Positions 22,201-32,362 of a DNA stretch of 64,000 bases are shown here, piece after piece. The first letter of the stretch is position 1. Every line of letters starts with the position of its first letter. The notes under the pieces are model-generated. The model did not search any database. It saw nothing but the letters and a program-made list of their open reading frames with translations, and was not told the origin of the DNA. Source of the DNA: Pachysolen tannophilus NRRL Y-2460 (Eukaryota). The stretch lies in contig KV454015.1 of NCBI GenBank assembly GCA_001661245.1, positions 918,924-982,923 of the forward strand, in the 5' to 3' direction. Both the position numbers and the translations under genes were made by a program.

Positions 22201-23025
22201 ATGTTTTCATCGAGGAATATGGTTAAAGGAGATAAGTTGGTTGGGATCTTGCAGAGGTTGGTAGATGAAGTGCAAGATAAGCATTATGATTCAACAACTG
22301 ATTTTATCAATCAGATTAATAGATCTTATTATAACAGTTTATTGAAAAATTTTTCTAAAAATTATGAATTGAATTTATTGGATATTTTAAATAATAACAT
22401 TCTAGCTTCTGAAAAAAGACAAAATCGTAAATTGGCAACTGTGGTTCAATTTATTGATAGTGAAGATTTAATTTTCCAATTTTACTTGAGTTTGTTGTTG
22501 ATAAATGAAATCTTGACCAAGATTGATTCTAATAAGGATTTATACTGGTTAAATGATTTTAAATATTATATATTATTGGATAAAGAACACGATCCGAGAA
22601 TAGTGTCTTTGTTGAAAAAGCTAATTGATCTGTCCATGCTTTCTTATAATTTGGAAATACGTCTTTCACCAAAAGATTTAAATTATTTTGTTGAAGATGG
22701 TGAAGATAGCATTGATCTTCTTCTTTTATTGCACAAAGATCAATTTAAGAACTTGAGCGTTTTACAAGAAGTAGAATCATTATGTTTAATACATCTGAAT
22801 GGCAGTTTTATTATTTCAAATATTTTCGAGTATAAGAATGGTTTGGAAGAATATGTTGACGCGGCTCCTTTTGAAAAAAACTACTACTATAACGTTGGTA
22901 GGTGGAATTTTATATATGAGAATAAGCTTATTAAAGTTGATAAAAAAGATTTGAAAATTGAAAAATTGAAATATTTCATACCCGACTATATTGAATTTAC
23001 AAGATGTGTTGAATATCTTAGTTAG
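22201..23025 (+). CDS. Divergent catechol O-methyltransferase-like protein, SAM motif degenerate
   Basis: C-terminal half (SIDLLLLLH...ESLCLI...GRWNFIYENK...PDYIEFTRCV) resembles fungal COMT C-termini; no ELG-x-x-G motif I; start uncertain. Confidence 0.55.
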   Translation: MFSSRNMVKGDKLVGILQRLVDEVQDKHYDSTTDFINQINRSYYNSLLKNFSKNYELNLLDILNNNILASEKRQNRKLATVVQFIDSEDLIFQFYLSLLLINEILTKIDSNKDLYWLNDFKYYILLDKEHDPRIVSLLKKLIDLSMLSYNLEIRLSPKDLNYFVEDGEDSIDLLLLLHKDQFKNLSVLQEVESLCLIHLNGSFIISNIFEYKNGLEEYVDAAPFEKNYYYNVGRWNFIYENKLIKVDKKDLKIEKLKYFIPDYIEFTRCVEYLS

Positions 23026-23342
23026 AGTTATTCTAATTAACTATTTATCATGGTGTGCATATATACTTTCTGAAGTTGTTAAGAATTTATTCTCTGGTCT
23101 CATTCATTAGTTTTACCTCTTCTATTATAGTATATTTTTAATGAAAAAATATTCTTGTTCCTGGATGCTCTTCTCATAAACTTACCTGTAATTTTTGCTC
23201 TAGAAATCTAGTAGATCCCTTTCATGCAAAGGAAACAAATTTTGGTATTCAATACAAAATTTCAGTTCTCATATGAGGTTACTAGAAATACATGAACATA
23301 CAATCAAAGAAATCTTTTTTTTATTGTTTTGTCTGCCCTATC

Positions 23343-23562
23343 CCTGGGTGACTCCCAGGTGTTTTGGGCTCATTGACTCATTGGCTCAGATATATGGCAC
23401 CCCACAGTTTTCAAAGATGCGCGAACACGAAAACACGAGCAAAAACATCTGCATAAACATGCGTCAACAAGTACAACTTTATAAAAAGAATGGAGCATCA
23501 CATTTACACTACACCATTTGGCGACAACGGCAAAATTTTCGCCAATCTTCTGCCTAATTTGG
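23343..23562. promoter_or_regulatory. Motif-rich promoter of the aspartyl protease
   Basis: Inverted repeat CCTGGG-TGACT-CCCAGG 23343-23359; TGACTCA 23374-23380; SCB CACGAAA 23426-23432; CArG/Mcm1 box CCTAATTTGG 23553-23562. Confidence 0.5.
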
Positions 23563-23843
23563 TGATAAGTAAAAAAGTATGGAAAAATCACAATGGAATA
23601 CACTTTGCAAGTATCTACGATTTCTGATTACAATAGAAGATCTCAAAGCAAAGATTGACATGGCACCAATGAACCCTTTTGTTCTTAATGTTTTTCTTTT
23701 CAATTTTTGAAGATTATTCAATTCTTGAAGAAGAGCTATAAAATATATAAATGGATCTAAGAATAACCGCAAAAATGACTTGTTGTAGGAACACTTTAAT
23801 CGTTTTGATCAAGAGAAGAGAAAATAATTGAAATTATCGTCAA

Positions 23844-25193
23844 ATGAAGCTGTCTTTTTGGATTCTTTCCTTACTAATATGTTTAAGTTTTGCTTTTTCA
23901 CTGTCTTTAAATAAATTGGACACTGAGGATGGAGTCGTTGCTTTCAGTTTCCATGTCCATAGAGGAAACACTCTTGAAGATGCTACCAGGTATAACCGGC
24001 CTTATTTGTCAAAGAGGTCGAATGAAGATGGAACCTTATCCTCAACTATTTTAAACGAACAAAGTTTTTATTTGGCAAATATTTCAGTTGGATCATCACA
24101 ACAACAAATCGGTGTACTTCTTGACACTGGTTCTGCTGACATGTGGCTCATGAGTCAAAGTAATCCATATTGTGATTCAACTGTTGACTGCAACAAATAT
24201 GGAACTTTCAACGAGAGCAATTCTACTACTTTTGAATCAAATAATACAGACTTCTCCATCGGTTATGTTGATCACAGATTTGCTACTGGGGAATGGGGCC
24301 ATGATGATATAACCATTAATGGGGTCACGGTTAATCAACAGTCGTTTGCTGTTGCCAATAAATCAAATTCCTCGATTAGTGTTTTGGGTATCGGATTTGC
24401 TGGCCTAGAAAGTACCAATGATCCAACTAATGGATATACATACGCAAATTTACCAATTAAAATGGTTGAACAAGGAATTATAAAAAAAAGCGTATATTCC
24501 TTGTACTTGAACAGCTCACAAGTGAGTACTGGGAATATTTTGTTTGGTGGTGTGGATCACGAAAAGTACACTGGTTCTTTACAAACAGTTGAAATTGTTA
24601 ACACTGATTCGGATTCTAGTAAACCTATTACAGTCGCTGTAACGTTATCGTCCATTTCTGTAGGCTCAAATGTCGTCACTTCACAGACCTCAGCTGCATT
24701 ATTAGATTCTGGTACAACTGCAATTTATGCTCCCTCTCTGGTATTTACTGCTTTAGGTGAACTGTTGGGTGCTTCTTATTCTTCCCTGCTCGGTGCTTAT
24801 ACATTCAACTGCATCGATGAAAGTAACGATACTCTGGTCACTTTTGATTTTACTGGAGCACAAATTAATGTAACTCTATATGAATTGCAAATAGATGTAT
24901 CGGAACTTTCCTCTTCTGTTTCTGATGCAAATGGTAGCTGTGCAATCTCGATATTCAAATCAAGTGATTCGAGTTATATTTTAGGAGATGTATTTTTAAC
25001 TTCTGCCTATGTTGTGTATGATTTAGAGAATTATCAAGTTTCACTTGCGCAATCAAATCAGAATTCTACAGAAACAAATATTGAAGTTATTCAATCCACT
25101 GTCCCCTCTGCTTCAACAGCTAAATACTATAGTAGTACTTGGTCAGGCTCTTCATCTTCTTCATCTTCTTCATCTTCAGCATCCACCTCTTAA
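23844..25193 (+). CDS. Secreted aspartyl protease (yapsin/Bar1 family) with Ser-rich tail and no GPI signal before the stop
   Basis: Signal peptide, propeptide ending YLSKR (Kex2 site), catalytic LLDTGS and LLDSGTT, ILGDVFL, YVVYDL. Confidence 0.92.
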   Translation: MKLSFWILSLLICLSFAFSLSLNKLDTEDGVVAFSFHVHRGNTLEDATRYNRPYLSKRSNEDGTLSSTILNEQSFYLANISVGSSQQQIGVLLDTGSADMWLMSQSNPYCDSTVDCNKYGTFNESNSTTFESNNTDFSIGYVDHRFATGEWGHDDITINGVTVNQQSFAVANKSNSSISVLGIGFAGLESTNDPTNGYTYANLPIKMVEQGIIKKSVYSLYLNSSQVSTGNILFGGVDHEKYTGSLQTVEIVNTDSDSSKPITVAVTLSSISVGSNVVTSQTSAALLDSGTTAIYAPSLVFTALGELLGASYSSLLGAYTFNCIDESNDTLVTFDFTGAQINVTLYELQIDVSELSSSVSDANGSCAISIFKSSDSSYILGDVFLTSAYVVYDLENYQVSLAQSNQNSTETNIEVIQSTVPSASTAKYYSSTWSGSSSSSSSSSSASTS

Positions 25194-25645
25194 AAGCTAT
25201 TAGTTCAAGTCATAATAGTAATTATTTTAACTATATAAAAGTATTTAGAAAAAATATAAAAAGAATTTTCAAAATTGGATTAACAAATTATAGGAACAAA
25301 CTCTAGATAATTGAGTTTGGACTAAAAATTAAAAAAGTTGCAGTGAAAACAGCATGCATTTGAAAACCTCTCACTCTGCGGCTCATTTTTTTCAACAGGT
25401 TTAAAAACTTTCACTTGTAAATATAAACTTAAACATGTACATCTTGTGGATCATCTTTATGTCGGCAGCAGCAACATTTGAAAGCGTTCTTTGTATTAGC
25501 TGATCAAACTACAACTTATCGAAGAATTCTAAAAATGGATTTATTATAAAGAAATAAAAAATGATTCTAATTAGAAAGAGATGAAAGAAAGAAATCATGA
25601 AAAAAAATATGGATAGTTTTCTTGATAAGGAATTTGATTCAGAAA

Positions 25646-26812
25646 TTAAAGCAGATTAAGCAATATAGGAAACAACCATAAGAACATTGAAATTTTAATC
25701 TTTTGATTTCCGACTCCTTGCGAAATTACGGAAAAGGGTGACGTGGAAGTCGTATTAATGAACATGCTGCTTACTTGGACCAGTGTACTCGAAGCAGCTG
25801 CGCTTGGCGAAGTGACCTGATTAGACTCTCCAGAAGTAGCTAAAAAGATTGCTTTCGAGCTTACTGATGAAGCTGTTAAAGGACAGAAAGTAGTATAAGA
25901 AGTTGAATATCCACTTATGGTAGTATAAACTATGATGGTTGTCCAGCTAGTTTGTTCTGAGCTTGAACTATTTTCTGAAGAAGGAGTCACAACAGAAATT
26001 GAATTGGTCGAAGAAGTTGATGAAATAGAACCACCCCAAATACTGAGAGTAGAGCATCCTGTGTACAAAGAGGACGTAGTTTTTGAGAAACTACTTAGTG
26101 CACTCGTGATGCTCAAAGATGATGTTAATGAAGGAACGACGGAAGTTGAGTAAACAGTTAGCGACTGAGTTGCGGAAGACATAGTAGGATAGTAGCTTGA
26201 ACTGATTGAACTTGAAGATGAAGATGATGGAGTTTGACTATTGATAGTGACTGTGGAGCTAGCTAAAGATGATAATGAGGGAGTGAAAGCTATAGAAGAA
26301 CTTGCGGCTAAAAGCGTAGAAGAAAGAGTAGAAGTAAAACCTAATGTACTTGAACTGCTCATTTCTTCTATCGATGATGATTCCAGATTTGTTGAACTGA
26401 GAACTGTACTTGAGCAAGGTGTGGTTGAAGTTGTAGATGTGAATGCAGAGCTAACGGAACTAGGAGACACTGTAGAAGAAGAAGGTGTTTGAATAATGGA
26501 AACAACATAAGTGCTGACACTTGTAGCAGTAGAAATAATACTTGAAATGGTAGACGAGCAACTACTGAAAGTTGAGCATTGAATACAAGTTGTTTCGGTT
26601 GTTACCAAATTTTCTGAAACAATGGTACTGACACTTGTAACTGTTGATGTTCCTGTTGAAATGAATGAAGAAACACTTGAAGCCGTCACGCATTCTTGAC
26701 AAGTTGTAATCTCATTTGACCTTTTGAGTAAAGCTGGAATCACAAAACCATTGACTGTGTATAGTAAAATTGGAATAATTAGCGAAAGATTGAATACTGT
26801 CAATGGCAACAT
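25646..26812 (-). CDS. Ser/Thr-rich GPI-anchored cell-wall adhesin (Aga1/Fig2-like)
   Basis: ATG 26812 (MLPLTVFNL signal peptide), LLKR site, two CxxC motifs, long Ser/Thr stalk, YTTFCPL motif, GPI-type C-terminus SQGVGNQKIKISMFLWLFPILL. Confidence 0.8.
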   Translation of the reverse strand: MLPLTVFNLSLIIPILLYTVNGFVIPALLKRSNEITTCQECVTASSVSSFISTGTSTVTSVSTIVSENLVTTETTCIQCSTFSSCSSTISSIISTATSVSTYVVSIIQTPSSSTVSPSSVSSAFTSTTSTTPCSSTVLSSTNLESSSIEEMSSSSTLGFTSTLSSTLLAASSSIAFTPSLSSLASSTVTINSQTPSSSSSSSISSSYYPTMSSATQSLTVYSTSVVPSLTSSLSITSALSSFSKTTSSLYTGCSTLSIWGGSISSTSSTNSISVVTPSSENSSSSEQTSWTTIIVYTTISGYSTSYTTFCPLTASSVSSKAIFLATSGESNQVTSPSAAASSTLVQVSSMFINTTSTSPFSVISQGVGNQKIKISMFLWLFPILLNLL

Positions 26813-27244
26813 TGTTGAAAAAAATGTACTTAGTTGGCCTGAGAAAACATAGAGAAAACCATTTTGAATTCGAAGTCTTATATCTATATATATATATATA
26901 GATATATTCAAACTTATTGTTTTAAGCTAATGCTTCCCCTTCAACAATAAACTAAACTCAGAATTTTTTGTTTTTCGTTTTTTTTTTTTAATCATCATTT
27001 GTTTATTCAATTTCTTTAAGTAAGAACAGATCTAGAGGGTTTAAAACACTAAACCTATATTTGTTCTTCTATTTGTTTGAAATCAATATATTATAACTGA
27101 ACAGGTGAAAACAATTTCCTTTTTAGTCCAAGACAATAAGCGAAAAGAGAAAACCTCTCGAAATGCGGCTTACACACTTGATTTATCACATTTTTAAAAT
27201 ACTTCAAATATAAGAACATTCAAAATCCATTAAAAGGCTAGTTA

Positions 27245-27251
27245 TGTTTCA
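27245..27251 (-). promoter_or_regulatory. Pheromone response element (Ste12 consensus TGAAACA) in the divergent adhesin promoter
   Basis: TGTTTCA on + strand; CArG-like one-mismatch sites nearby at about 27291-27305, 27310-27322 and 27371-27387. Confidence 0.4.
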
Positions 27252-27530
27252 GAACCTAATTGTCAAGACCGTATTCAAATTTTGAAAGGACTCAATTTGG
27301 GAAAATATAGCAATTTTGGAAACAAATTAGTTGATAAGTAAAAATAAGTTAGCTCAAATTAATTAAAAAATACCCATTTTGAGAAAATTTTCATGGAAAA
27401 TCAACTTGATTTGTTTAAAGATGAATTTAATACTTTTCATAAACTATAAATAAGAATTGTATGCCATATCATTTCAAAAAAAAAAAAAAAAAGGCCTGCC
27501 TATAGAAATCTCATCAAAATTCGTTTACCG

Positions 27531-28004
27531 ATGACAGTGAACTTTTCACTATTTTTAACAGCTTTCATGGCTTTCGCTTCAATTGGTAAGTTTTAAAATT
27601 TATACTTCAATAGAAAACAACGATATTAATAAAGCCACCTTTTTTGTCATCTTAAAGTTAATTGTGATGCCAGCACTCAATATATAACTTATACTACGTT
27701 AGAGACATATGAGACAACGTTATTTTCAACTTTTACTACTGTCAGCTGTCCTCCTATAACGTCCACTTCAACTTCAGGAGAAACAGAAGTCATTATTATC
27801 AACACTTGCGCCCCTGACTATACTTCAACCTCAAGTAGCTCAACCCCAACTACGACAACTTCTTCTCCTTCTTCGTCTTCGTCGTCGTCGTCATCATCAT
27901 CATCATCATCATCGTCTTGCTTCACCGTTACTACAACAACCATTCCAACTACAGATGTTTCAACAGATATTGAACAATTAACAATTACTAGCTACGCAGA
28001 TTGA
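27531..28004 (+). CDS. Small secreted Ser/Thr/Cys-rich protein (133 aa), two exons 27531-27585 and 27658-28004; absent from ORF track
   Basis: ATG...ASI-G|GTAAGT, 72-nt intron ending TAAAG. Spliced product is MTVNFSLFLTAFMAFASIVNCDASTQYITYTTLET...VSCPP...NTCAP...poly-Ser-CFT...SYAD*. Exon 2 is a stop-free 115-codon frame with no ATG. Confidence 0.8.
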
Positions 28005-28459
28005 TTAATAGCTTCTTAATTTTGCTTTTAGAATATAGTTCCTGATTAGAGAAGCAATCACATCAATGAAGTAATTGAATCCCAATGAGAATATAATGCA
28101 AGTTTATCGACAAAACCCTAATCTTTTCTCTTTTATTTTTATCTTTATTTTTTTTTTTTCAACTTTTTTGCATTTAATATATACTAATACAATTATAACT
28201 TAAAGCTTAACCAGTAATAGGTACTCTTAGACCCAAACATTAGCTCCCTTTCACATTTCACTTTCATTTCAAACCAAACCAAACAGTTTTAATTGGTATT
28301 AAACATCATGTCAAATTGGTAGTGCGCATTTCTACAAATAAAATAAGAACTTAAAAGAAGTATTTGATTCATCGATTCTAACAATTTAAATATTATTATT
28401 AATTATTCAAAAATTATTTAGAGGCAAATTGATAATTCATTCGAAGCAGCAACAAGAAT

Positions 28460-29236
28460 ATGCTACCAAGACCTCCAATTTTCCATAATCAGCTACAGCT
28501 GTTACCACCATTTCCTTTACCACCCTTTAATAATGACCAGCAGCAGCAGCAACAACAACAACAACAACAACAACTTCAAGAGCAGCGAAGAGAACCAAGT
28601 TTTCAATTTGAGAAATTTTTAGAGAAGGAATATCTGTTTGGGTTAAATCCAGATCGTCCGAAACAGAATGTGCATCCAAATTTTTCGAATAAAATAGTTT
28701 GTAAGCATTGGTTAAGAGGGTTGTGTAAGAAGAATTTAAATTGTGAATTTTTACATGAATTTAATCTTCGTAAAATGCCAGAATGTTTATTTTTTACGAA
28801 AAATGGGTTTTGTACTCAAGCTTCTGAATGTTTATATTTGCATATTGATCCAAAAACTAAAATTCCAGAGTGTGATAATTATAATAGGGGGTTCTGTCCT
28901 GAAGGACCGAATTGTCCTAAGAGGCATGTAAGAAAAGTGATATGTCCTAATTATTTATGTGGATTTTGTCCTGAAGGTCCGAATTGTTCTTTCAGTCATC
29001 CTAAATTTGATGGAATTTCGGAAAAATTGAGGATTAAACCGGATGAGGAGGAGATAGAAGGTTTGAATGATGAAGAAACTCAAAAAAGTGGACAGAAAGA
29101 ACTAGAAGAAAATGAAGAAAATGAATCAAAAGAAGAAAAAGAAGACGGGGAAGTGAAAGATGATACAAAAGTAGGTGTTAACGCAGAGAGTAAGGTTAAA
29201 GAAATTACAAATGACACTAAAAAGAATGAGCTTTGA
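28460..29236 (+). CDS. YTH1: mRNA 3'-end processing factor Yth1 (CPSF30) with four CCCH fingers
   Basis: [36 protein letters not shown], three further CCCH fingers; polyQ N-terminus and acidic tail. Confidence 0.93.
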   Translation: MLPRPPIFHNQLQLLPPFPLPPFNNDQQQQQQQQQQQQLQEQRREPSFQFEKFLEKEYLFGLNPDRPKQNVHPNFSNKIVCKHWLRGLCKKNLNCEFLHEFNLRKMPECLFFTKNGFCTQASECLYLHIDPKTKIPECDNYNRGFCPEGPNCPKRHVRKVICPNYLCGFCPEGPNCSFSHPKFDGISEKLRIKPDEEEIEGLNDEETQKSGQKELEENEENESKEEKEDGEVKDDTKVGVNAESKVKEITNDTKKNEL

Positions 29237-29457
29237 GATTTTTCTATTATTGTCAGATTTTAGATAGGAGTTTATAATTTTTGAGTTTTTGGGAGAATTA
29301 CATAGATCTTAGAACTTTCAAAATACATTTTTGTAAAATAGAAGCATTTCATCAAATATTATATCGTTTAAAGTAGTTAACTTTTGAATACTTTTCAACT
29401 AGTAAGGGCTACATTCAGTTTTATTTTTCACAATATATATAAATATATATATATATA

Positions 29458-32139
29458 TTATTTTCTATCAATTCGTAAAGATCTAACTTTTCTTCTTTCC
29501 GCCGGGGTCAAAACCCATTTGATTTCTAGACTATCATCATCGTCCTCTTCATCACTTTCATTTCCATTGTTGCCACCAGTATTGCTACCATTTGGAATAC
29601 CAACTTTGTTACGTCCAGCTGTACCAACAACTTTGTTATTGCTACCATCATTAACTTCCTCGTCGTTCAAAAATAACTCACTCTCTTCATCATCGTCCAA
29701 ACTTAAAACCATTATTATTTGAGTTAGTTTAATGAAGTTATTCCTCAACTTATAGTTAATCTTACTGATATCGTTTATGATAACACTAAAATTTTTCTCC
29801 AAATTCAAAATATTTAAGTAAGTTAAATTTTTGTTGTTATTAATAGGATAAGTTGGATTCAAAAACTTTTTCTCAAAAAGCTTAGAAAGATTGATAGTTA
29901 GTAGGTTCATCAAGTTCATGAAAATCGAATTTGATAACACTTTCCAATATGGCAAAATTAATGACCTGAAGTTTTTAAGGAATCTTATCAAGACCTCATT
30001 ATTGTTGTCATTTTCAATTTCCAAAATTTTGAAGAAATCATTGGTCAACTTGATTAATTTAGTATTGAAAACTTGATTATATAAGACTTTGATATTTTCA
30101 TTTAAAATATTTTCTATTTTCAGATCTATGATATTGTTAAAATTTTCAATGATATTGCTTAATTTTTTTGTGAGTGAATTTTCGTAAATATCTTTTACAG
30201 TATTATTGTCGTCATAATAAAGAAACAACTTATCATTTTTCAACTTTAATTTCAAGTTTTCAATGATTCTATCCAAATAAGTTTTTAAAGAATCAACAGA
30301 ATTTAAGAAAATCAAGAAATGCTCCAAATTTTTCAAATCTTCATCTTTATTAAAATTTATGGCACTATTTAAGGCATTTGTTGCATTTCTCATAAAGAAA
30401 CTTCCATAATTACTTGGATTTGGAGTACCACTTCTTGGAGAAAGTGACTGTTCCCTATTAAATTCTCCTGAATTTCTCAGTGAAGAATTTATTGTTGATG
30501 GAATTGGCTTGATAACAGGAATTACTAGTTCAACATTTGTTCTTGGTTGAATAGTTCTCAACTTATTTGCAATAACGTTTAATAAATCATTTTCCAAAAT
30601 TCTTCTACTATTAGTAATCATATTTTTGATAATGGATTCATTACCAGTTTCTATTGTCTTTCCCAACATATTGTTTAAAACAATGATAATATCTTCAATC
30701 ACAGAGCTTATTGGTGGGGATTCTGGAGAATAACTGTCATCATTATCAGATTTAACAGTTAAATATGATGAAAGATCTGGGATAAGCTCTAGTTCACATG
30801 ATTTTTCTATTGATCTTCTTAAATAAAAAGTTGATAATTTATCATAAATTGGTTGAATTTTTGTGTTAATCTTAACTAAAAATGAAGATTCTTCCACTGG
30901 TTCTGGAATTATATTAGAGTTTTTTAAATTTTTATATTCGTTCCATTTAATTCTGAAAAAATTACAATACATTTTCCAATTTTTCAAAATGGAGCTTAAT
31001 TCTGAACATAACTCATTAACTTCAACTATTGATATCTTGCTATCAATATATATTGCCTTTGAGTTCCCATCATCATTATCCTCGTTACTATTATCCAAAT
31101 ATCCAGATGAATTTTGCAAAATGTAATTTATTAATATAGGGAAATCATAATTTTTGATATCGTTTAAAACGTTATTTATATTTTTCAAATCCCAAAAAGT
31201 ATCAAATATTAAACCACACTGTAAATCACATTCTTTTTGTATCTTTGTCATAATATCACACATGGAGTTTAATCCATAATACCTTATTATAATATTTGAA
31301 TGTTGATTTATAATTGATGAAATGATTTCAAAAATTTTTAACAAGGTCAAAGAATAAAAACCAGGTTTCAATTTTAACTCTTTGGAAAGATTCATTAACA
31401 AATTTTTAGATTGTTCATTAATCAATTTGCAAATAAATTTAGAGTAACAATTTAATCCAATATCATTTTGTAATAATAATGGGAATAATTGGAAATAATA
31501 AGTTAATTTAGAAACATCTTTTAAATCTGCCAGTTTCTCAAATTCTTCCTTAAAGAAAACCGTTAGCTCTTCAACCCATTTACTAACAGTTATCGAAGGC
31601 AATTCAGGAAGATCCTGAGTTGGTACTATGAATGAAACATATTTGTCATTCAATAAACTTTGAGGCAATGTAGTTAGTATATTATGAATTCTCGTCGAAG
31701 CTTCTAACCAATTTTTAGATTCAATAAAAGAATCAGCTTCCATTATTTGTTTCTTCAAGAAAATAACATTGGAAAGATAATTCAAAGTTCTGTTTACCTT
31801 CTCCTTTTCTTTATCCAATAATTTTACTTTCCTTGTAAGCTTATAACTCAAATCATTGGCATTATTAAACTTATCACTCAATTTGTTTGAGAAGCTCAAC
31901 GAGTTCAATGAAAGATTCACCCTATTCATTTCTAAACTATTAATTGATTTTTGAATCAATATCCGCTTATTCAATAAATATTTATCATTGATATAATTAT
32001 TCAAATCATCCAATTCTAAATCAATTTGATTAACTAACTTGTTCAATTTGCTAATGGAATTCGACCCATTTAATTGGGCATGATAATTTTTCAAATTGTC
32101 ATTCAACAACTGCTCACTAAAACCATCATCCATGGACAT
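29458..32139 (-). CDS. COG4: Conserved oligomeric Golgi complex subunit 4
   Basis: LTYYFQLFPL, IQKECDLQCGLIFDTF, PPISSVIED, C-terminal WVLTPAERRKVRSLRIDR. Confidence 0.88.
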   Translation of the reverse strand: MSMDDGFSEQLLNDNLKNYHAQLNGSNSISKLNKLVNQIDLELDDLNNYINDKYLLNKRILIQKSINSLEMNRVNLSLNSLSFSNKLSDKFNNANDLSYKLTRKVKLLDKEKEKVNRTLNYLSNVIFLKKQIMEADSFIESKNWLEASTRIHNILTTLPQSLLNDKYVSFIVPTQDLPELPSITVSKWVEELTVFFKEEFEKLADLKDVSKLTYYFQLFPLLLQNDIGLNCYSKFICKLINEQSKNLLMNLSKELKLKPGFYSLTLLKIFEIISSIINQHSNIIIRYYGLNSMCDIMTKIQKECDLQCGLIFDTFWDLKNINNVLNDIKNYDFPILINYILQNSSGYLDNSNEDNDDGNSKAIYIDSKISIVEVNELCSELSSILKNWKMYCNFFRIKWNEYKNLKNSNIIPEPVEESSFLVKINTKIQPIYDKLSTFYLRRSIEKSCELELIPDLSSYLTVKSDNDDSYSPESPPISSVIEDIIIVLNNMLGKTIETGNESIIKNMITNSRRILENDLLNVIANKLRTIQPRTNVELVIPVIKPIPSTINSSLRNSGEFNREQSLSPRSGTPNPSNYGSFFMRNATNALNSAINFNKDEDLKNLEHFLIFLNSVDSLKTYLDRIIENLKLKLKNDKLFLYYDDNNTVKDIYENSLTKKLSNIIENFNNIIDLKIENILNENIKVLYNQVFNTKLIKLTNDFFKILEIENDNNNEVLIRFLKNFRSLILPYWKVLSNSIFMNLMNLLTINLSKLFEKKFLNPTYPINNNKNLTYLNILNLEKNFSVIINDISKINYKLRNNFIKLTQIIMVLSLDDDEESELFLNDEEVNDGSNNKVVGTAGRNKVGIPNGSNTGGNNGNESDEEDDDDSLEIKWVLTPAERRKVRSLRIDRK

Positions 32140-32362
32140 ATCTATTGCTCTTTTATTGTTTTATAATTCCTTCGCAGTATCTAATCGTATAAAACAGTTG
32201 TTGATGTTTATTTGGCATAGAATTGTGTATTTCATATTGAACAATATGAAAAAAATAAAAAATCAAAAAAATCAAAAATTCACAAATTTTTCAAAAATTC
32301 TTTGTTACGAAATTGATATGAAAGATATCCATTTTTCTTTTTAGATTATAGTAGGGTTGTCG

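Noticed and set aside
23273..23772. Short ORFs upstream of the protease
   Set aside because: No family resemblance; region is better explained as promoter.
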